Shown in pieces: positions 43,195 through 48,175 of a DNA stretch of 48,175 nt. This DNA is from a virus (lineage: Duplodnaviria; Caudoviricetes): positions 1 to 48,175 of IMG/VR virus record IMGVR_UViG_3300037149_000276. The stretch is one strand, 5' to 3'. The position numbers were made by a program, and so were the translations under genes. The notes beneath the pieces are model-generated. The model was not told the DNA's origin. It did not search any database and saw only the letters and a list, made by a program, of their open reading frames with translations. The stretch's first letter is position 1. Every line of letters begins with the position of its first letter.

Positions 43195-45084
43195 ATGCCT
43201 TTTGGTGTGAGCCGCGGCACGATCGTCGATGCCGCGGGCAATGTGCTGCCCGGCAGTTGGGTGGAGGTGCGCCGCGAGGCGCCCGGCGCGCCGCTGGCCG
43301 TGCCGCTTTACGCCGATGCGCTCGGCGGCGCACTGCTCGACAACCCGTTTTTCTGCGCCAGCGGCGAGTTCGAATATTACGCCGTCGGCGGCTGGTATCG
43401 GGAGGTCTATACGAGGCCTGGCTACAGCAAAACCCGGCGCTATGTGCCGGTGGGCAACGCGCAGGCGGCGGATATCGATGCCTATGCGCAGGCTGGGTGG
43501 ACCTTCGCGCCCGAGAGCGCCATCGTCACACCGCCCTCGGCGGGGTCGATCCGGTTGAACAATGCCGACGCGGCGCTTGCCACGCATATCTTCATCAACA
43601 AGGCGACGCTCAGTAATAGCAGCGCGGTCAAATACCTGCAGGCGCTGTCGGCGACGGGGAAGACCTTTCCCAATCGGATCAAACTGGCACTCAGCGACAG
43701 CCGGCAGCTCGGTTGGGATGTTGCCGCCGTCTCGGAGCAGGCGAGCTGGTTCGACATCACCATTCCGCCCGCGAGCTACAACGGTCCGGCCGGCCCGGTG
43801 TCGATCGGCGATTCCGGGTTCATCGCGGTGTCGATCGAAACCACCGGCGCCGATGGGGCGATGGCGGGGCCGAGCTTCATCTATTCCTCGACCACGTCGA
43901 ACGCCGATCCGGGCGCCGGCTTTTTCCGGCTGAACAGCGGCACGCACGCGTCGGCGACGGCCGCCTATATCAGCACCGTGGAGGCTGTGGCCGGCGCGAC
44001 CGTCGCCGCGGAACTCGACAGCTGGGCCGCGTCGACGAACCCGACAAAGGGTTACCTGCGACAGGTGAAAGCCGCGGACCCGAAAGTGTGGCGGCTGTAT
44101 AAGGTGACGGCGGTCGCCGGCAGCACCTATCGGACGGTCAGCATTGTGCACGTCGCGAGCGCCGGCGCGCTGGCAAACAATGATCTCTGTCGTCTCGTTT
44201 TCTCGCAGACCGGTGACGCAGGCGGCAAGGGCGGCGACGGGCCGGCCAACAGTCTCTCGATTGGCACGGTAACGCAGGGCACTGCCGCTGCGACCATCAC
44301 GGGCCCCGCCCCGAGCCAGACGCTCAACCTCGTGCTGCCGAAAGGGGACAAGGGCGACCCGCTGGTGCCTCGTGGGGCCTATGCCAGCGGAACGGCCTAT
44401 GTCCCGCTCGACGTCGTTCTGGACCAGGGCTCGTCATGGGTCGCGCGCGTGGCGACGACGGGCAATGCGCCTCCCACCGTGCCGACGACTTCGAACACCT
44501 ATTGGATGTTGCTGGCGCAGAAGGGCGCGGACGGAACTGGCACGGGCGACATGCTCGCCAGCAAAAACCTGAGCGATCTTGCGGACAAGGTTATCGCGAA
44601 GAACAATCTCGGACTCAGTGCCGTCGCGTCAACAGGAGCCTATGCCGACCTCTCCGGCAAACCCACGCTGGGCACGGCGGCGGCGCAGAACAGCATCGCC
44701 TTTGCCACGGCGGCGCAGGGCGCAACGGCGGACACGGCGCTGCAGAAGGCTGGTGGGCAAACCATCTCCGGCGGCTTCAACCTCACCCCGAACAATCTCG
44801 GTACGATCTCATCGGGCACCCTCACGCCGGCGCCGTTGCCCGGAAACTACGCCTATCTGACCCGAAACGGCGCCTTCACTCTGGCGGTGCCGGCGACGGA
44901 TTGTGCCATGGATTTGTTCGTAACCAATGGCGCGAGTGCGGGGGCTCTCACCTTCGCCGCGGGATACAAGGCCGCCGCTGGAAACACGGGAGACCCGCTG
45001 ACGACCACCAGCGGGGCTGTGTTCGTGATCTCCATCCTCAGGGTCAATGGCGTCTCGACCTATCTGATCAAGGCCCTGCAATGA
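43195..45084 (+). CDS. Tail fibre protein
   Basis: GDKGD collagen-like triplets, GDMLASKNLSDL, YADLSGKP, LGTAA fibre motifs. Confidence 0.85.
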   Translation: MPFGVSRGTIVDAAGNVLPGSWVEVRREAPGAPLAVPLYADALGGALLDNPFFCASGEFEYYAVGGWYREVYTRPGYSKTRRYVPVGNAQAADIDAYAQAGWTFAPESAIVTPPSAGSIRLNNADAALATHIFINKATLSNSSAVKYLQALSATGKTFPNRIKLALSDSRQLGWDVAAVSEQASWFDITIPPASYNGPAGPVSIGDSGFIAVSIETTGADGAMAGPSFIYSSTTSNADPGAGFFRLNSGTHASATAAYISTVEAVAGATVAAELDSWAASTNPTKGYLRQVKAADPKVWRLYKVTAVAGSTYRTVSIVHVASAGALANNDLCRLVFSQTGDAGGKGGDGPANSLSIGTVTQGTAAATITGPAPSQTLNLVLPKGDKGDPLVPRGAYASGTAYVPLDVVLDQGSSWVARVATTGNAPPTVPTTSNTYWMLLAQKGADGTGTGDMLASKNLSDLADKVIAKNNLGLSAVASTGAYADLSGKPTLGTAAAQNSIAFATAAQGATADTALQKAGGQTISGGFNLTPNNLGTISSGTLTPAPLPGNYAYLTRNGAFTLAVPATDCAMDLFVTNGASAGALTFAAGYKAAAGNTGDPLTTTSGAVFVISILRVNGVSTYLIKALQ

Positions 45085-46274
45085 TCATCCAGAGACCCTA
45101 CGAGCCCCGGTTCTTGATGCCGGTCCCTCGCCACGAATGGCGCGAGCCGAGCCGATCGGTCGAGCGCGACCAGTTCGGCAACTTCACCGTGCAGACGCGT
45201 TTCGTCGTGCGCGGCAAGACCCATGACGGCGTGGTGCGATGGGATGCGTGGTTTGATGACCGCGACCAGTTCGACGCCTTCCTGTGGTCGGCGCTGCGCG
45301 CGCAGGTGCTCGGCGAAAAGCTGGATGAGCGGCTGTTGCTGTCGCTGCCGAATTGTGATGTCCGCGGGACGGTCAACCTTGATCTGGTACTTGCGCCGGA
45401 AGTCTTCGCGTTCCTTACCTCGACCTCGGCTAGTTCGACATTCCAGTCGCCCACTGACTGGAACAATGCAAAAAACAAGATAGGAGCCATTGGTGGAGGC
45501 GGTTCGGGGGTATGCGCGCGTGTGGGGTCTAGCGTCCCCATAGGAGCTATGGGGGCTGGCGGCGGCGCATTTGCAGGGATTGCCAATTTCCAATTCGCAG
45601 AGCCCGGAACAACCACAGTAAATTATCGGGTCGGGCTAGGGGGTGTTGCTGTCACATACTCAGGCTCAAGCGGCTCGGTACTCGGCAATAACGGAGCCCA
45701 AAGTTATTTTGACGCAGGAACCGTTCTGGCTAATTTTGGTAAAGCCGGCACAGCAGCAAATACTAGTTCAGTTCTGCCGCCCGGTGAAGGCGGCAAGGCA
45801 AGCTCGTCTACCGGTACAACCAAATATGATGGAGGGGACGGAGGCGCCATTACAACTGCTGCAAGCGCCGGACAATCTGCAACCGGTGGCGGGGGGGCTG
45901 CTGGACCTGCTGGCGCAGGCTTGGACGGCGCTTCCAAAACGGGCTCCGCGTCTGGAAACACAAAGGGCGGGGACACTGCCTCCGGGGCCATAGGGTCGGC
46001 TGGGGGAACGGTTCTGCCGGGCGGGGCAGGTACCGACTGGGATAGTACGCACGGTGCCGGCGCTGGGTCAGGCGGATATACCCTGACTTCCGCTTCATCT
46101 CTGCGCATTGGCGTTGGCGGTCAGTATGGCGGCGGCGGCGGTTCAGTTACGCGCGCGCAAACTACCGGCTCGTACACCGATTATAGCGGCGCTGGCATGC
46201 AGGGCATTGTTGTTGTCAGTTACGAGCCCGGATCATCGCTCTATCGTTTCAATCACCCAAATCAGGGGATGTAG
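45081..46274 (+). CDS. Gly-rich tail fibre / receptor-binding protein
   Basis: Start reassigned to ATG 45081 (ATGA overlap); IGGGGSG, GAGGGAFA, YGGGGG...GMQGIVVVSY. Confidence 0.8.
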   Translation: MIIQRPYEPRFLMPVPRHEWREPSRSVERDQFGNFTVQTRFVVRGKTHDGVVRWDAWFDDRDQFDAFLWSALRAQVLGEKLDERLLLSLPNCDVRGTVNLDLVLAPEVFAFLTSTSASSTFQSPTDWNNAKNKIGAIGGGGSGVCARVGSSVPIGAMGAGGGAFAGIANFQFAEPGTTTVNYRVGLGGVAVTYSGSSGSVLGNNGAQSYFDAGTVLANFGKAGTAANTSSVLPPGEGGKASSSTGTTKYDGGDGGAITTAASAGQSATGGGGAAGPAGAGLDGASKTGSASGNTKGGDTASGAIGSAGGTVLPGGAGTDWDSTHGAGAGSGGYTLTSASSLRIGVGGQYGGGGGSVTRAQTTGSYTDYSGAGMQGIVVVSYEPGSSLYRFNHPNQGM

Positions 46275-46275
46275 A

Positions 46276-46671
46276 ATGTCCGAACCCGTGGGCTACCGCC
46301 TGGTCGATGATCAGGGAAATATCGTTTCGTCGTGGGGTGGGATTTGGGGGCGATGCCCCGGGATGCCGAACCCCATCCAGTTGCCGAATGGCGACCAGGT
46401 CCACTCACCGGCGCTCGATGAGGACTATGCCGGCTGCAAGCTGGTCGGCTGGTATTTGAGCGAGGAAGAAGAAACCGCCGCTGCGTGGAGTGCGCTGCGC
46501 TCGGCGCGCGATCGACTGCTCACAGCGTCAGACTGGGTTCGGTTGCGCGCCCTCGATACAGGGACGTCCGTTCCCGATGAATGGGCAGCTTACCGCCAGG
46601 CGCTCCGCGATCTGCCTGAAATAACGGACGACCCTCGCACCGCTGAATGGCCCGATCCGCCCGCCGAGTGA
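46276..46671 (+). CDS. Tail fibre assembly chaperone
   Basis: LRSARDRLLTASDW...WAAYRQALRDLP...WPDPP. Confidence 0.88.
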   Translation: MSEPVGYRLVDDQGNIVSSWGGIWGRCPGMPNPIQLPNGDQVHSPALDEDYAGCKLVGWYLSEEEETAAAWSALRSARDRLLTASDWVRLRALDTGTSVPDEWAAYRQALRDLPEITDDPRTAEWPDPPAE

Positions 46672-46694
46672 GCGGCGATCTAGCCTGACCCCCT

Positions 46695-46717
46695 AGCCCG
46701 CCTCGAGCGGGCTTTTT
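46695..46717 (+). terminator. Intrinsic terminator
   Basis: AGCCCGC/GCGGGCT + TTTT. Confidence 0.75.
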
Positions 46718-46741
46718 CATATCCATCACAGGAGACTTCCC

Positions 46742-47860
46742 ATGGACGCAAACGCGCTCCGCGGCGCCGAAGCTTTGCTCGATTTCATCGGCAAGGTGGA
46801 AACCGGCCGCACCGGAATCGATGCCTATCGGACGATCTACGGGCATAAGGAAAACACGCTGCCGAAGCCCGTGACCGAGTTCACGCTCGATGAGCTGACC
46901 GCGGCGCAACTCCGCTGGGGCAAGAACTGGGGTAGCTCGGCGGCCGGCAAGTTCCAGATCCTGCGCAAGACGCTGCTCGGGCTCATGGCCACGCTCAAGC
47001 TGAGCGGCGATGCCAAGTTCAGCAAGAAGACGCAGGACATGCTCGGAACGCAATTGCTGCTGGGGCGGGGCTTCGCACGCTTCGCCAGCGGCAGCATGAC
47101 CCTTGAAGCGTTCGCGATCGAGCTCGCCAAGGAATGGGCGTCGATGCCCGTGCTTTCGGCTATGCAGGGGGCGAGCCGCAAGGTAGCGGCCGGGCAGAGC
47201 TATTATGCCGGCGACGGGCTAAACAAGGCCCTCGTGACGCCGACAGAGTTCCGCGCCGCGCTCGAGCAGTGCCTCGCGCTGTGCAAGGCGGCCTCGCCGC
47301 GGCTCCCGGCCGAACCGCCGAGAGTGCCGCCTGTCGAAGACTACGAAAAGCCGGTCGCGCAGGCCGATCGTGGCGGGCGCCCGGGCGGGGTTGCCATCGC
47401 CATCATCATTGGGCTGGCGCTGGCGGTCGCGTCCCTCATCTGGTTGCTCGGGGGCAATGCCGACGCGGCCGCGCCCGTGCCTCAGGAACGCCCGTTCGGC
47501 CTCATCGGGCCATCGCAGTCCATCTGGAGCGAGATCGCCCTACAGGCGGCGCTGGCGTTCGTTGCACCCCTTGCCGGTGCCGTTGCCACCATGGCGGTAG
47601 GCTGGGTGACGTTCTGGTGGGGCAAAGTGCTCAAGTCCGAGTTCGACGCCCGTTCGGCCGAGCAGTTGCATGACGCCCTGCAACGCGGGTTGGTCGCCGC
47701 CGCCGATCGGCTGGGCGCGCGCGCCTCGAGCGCCAAGCTGCTGGCCAGCGCCGCCGACTATGCCGAGCGGTTCAACGGCGGTACCGTCAAGCGCTTCGGG
47801 CTGACCAATGCCGATCTGCAGCAGCTCGCCGCCCCGCACCTGCCCACCGTCAAGCGTTGA
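46742..47860 (+). CDS. Endolysin (lambda-lysozyme-like muramidase) with C-terminal membrane/holin-like region
   Basis: LLDFIGKVET, SSAAGKFQI, LAKEWASMP, GQSYYAGDGLNKA; two TM segments after a Pro-rich linker. Confidence 0.85.
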   Translation: MDANALRGAEALLDFIGKVETGRTGIDAYRTIYGHKENTLPKPVTEFTLDELTAAQLRWGKNWGSSAAGKFQILRKTLLGLMATLKLSGDAKFSKKTQDMLGTQLLLGRGFARFASGSMTLEAFAIELAKEWASMPVLSAMQGASRKVAAGQSYYAGDGLNKALVTPTEFRAALEQCLALCKAASPRLPAEPPRVPPVEDYEKPVAQADRGGRPGGVAIAIIIGLALAVASLIWLLGGNADAAAPVPQERPFGLIGPSQSIWSEIALQAALAFVAPLAGAVATMAVGWVTFWWGKVLKSEFDARSAEQLHDALQRGLVAAADRLGARASSAKLLASAADYAERFNGGTVKRFGLTNADLQQLAAPHLPTVKR

Positions 47861-47896
47861 CGCGATCCAACTCCCTATCGAGGAAAGACCAGGTGC

Positions 47897-48175
47897 ATGG
47901 AAGAGATGGAACGCATGCGCAGCGACATCAGCCAACTCACGAAAAGGGTAGATGATTTCTCCCTTCGGCTCGCCACCGTCGAGGTTCAGACCAAGGGCTT
48001 CGACGACAAGCTCGACAGCCTCAAGGAACTGATCGACCTCAAGCTCTCGACGCTGAAGTCCAGCATCGACGGCTGGAACCGGATCGGATTCTGGCTGCTG
48101 GCGGCGTTTGGTGGGGCTGTCATCACAGGCGTCGTCGGTTTCATGCTCTCGGGCGGGTTCCGGGTGGTAAGCTGA
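47897..48175 (+). CDS. Coiled-coil + C-terminal TM lysis-cassette protein (XhlA/holin-like)
   Basis: Heptad coil followed by one TM; after endolysin. Confidence 0.65.
   Translation: MEEMERMRSDISQLTKRVDDFSLRLATVEVQTKGFDDKLDSLKELIDLKLSTLKSSIDGWNRIGFWLLAAFGGAVITGVVGFMLSGGFRVVS

Larger units (their letters stand above)
1..48175. mobile_element. Temperate siphovirus-like prophage (lambdoid gene order), alphaproteobacterial host; att sites not identified
   Basis: Continuous order int-xis-recombination-cI/cro-replication-late regulator-terminase-portal-capsid-tail-tape measure-fibres-endolysin; tail tube and tape measure but no sheath. Confidence 0.97.

Noticed and set aside
41812-44151. 779-aa minus-strand ORF and similar long antisense ORFs (28274..29374, 27207..28121, 31035..32054, 15800..16975)
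   Set aside because: Shadow frames of GC3-rich genes with Arg-rich, motif-free translations.
44436-45080. N-terminal 215 aa of the 612-aa ORF
   Set aside because: Overlaps the tail fibre gene out of frame; the true start is ATG 45081.

Overview
The window is an almost complete lambdoid-style temperate siphoprophage of a GC-rich alphaproteobacterium, probably Hyphomicrobiales/Rhizobiales (inferred from GapR homologues, a rhizobial-type intergenic repeat and CCUCC-loop hairpins). Left arm (minus strand): tyrosine integrase, probable excisionase, a translationally coupled accessory array (Lar-like Zn proteins, DUF1643, adenine MTase, HNH), YqaJ exonuclease and ERF recombinase, and a pentapeptide-repeat protein. 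Centre: a moron and the cI(S24)/cro switch with 17-bp operators. Right arm: two GapR-like genes, replication genes, late regulator with promoter/terminator and a structured non-coding leader, terminase, head and tail genes, an RHH/antirepressor island, envelope morons, tail fibres and lysis genes. The att sites and the end of the lysis cassette are not identifiable. The strongest unexplained signals are: (i) many accessory genes or domains are individually bracketed by their own 12-52 bp direct repeats covering the stop/RBS/start junction, like a cassette array; (ii) a 52-nt hairpin repeated three times, each starting at a stop codon in the PL operon, with an exchanged stem sequence; (iii) a cuckoo-like CCUCC-loop hairpin array; (iv) a structured late leader with a tRNA-like element; (v) a secreted stand-alone TolA-C-like protein and an endolysin/holin-like fusion. 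All family calls come from motif recognition by eye; no searches were run.
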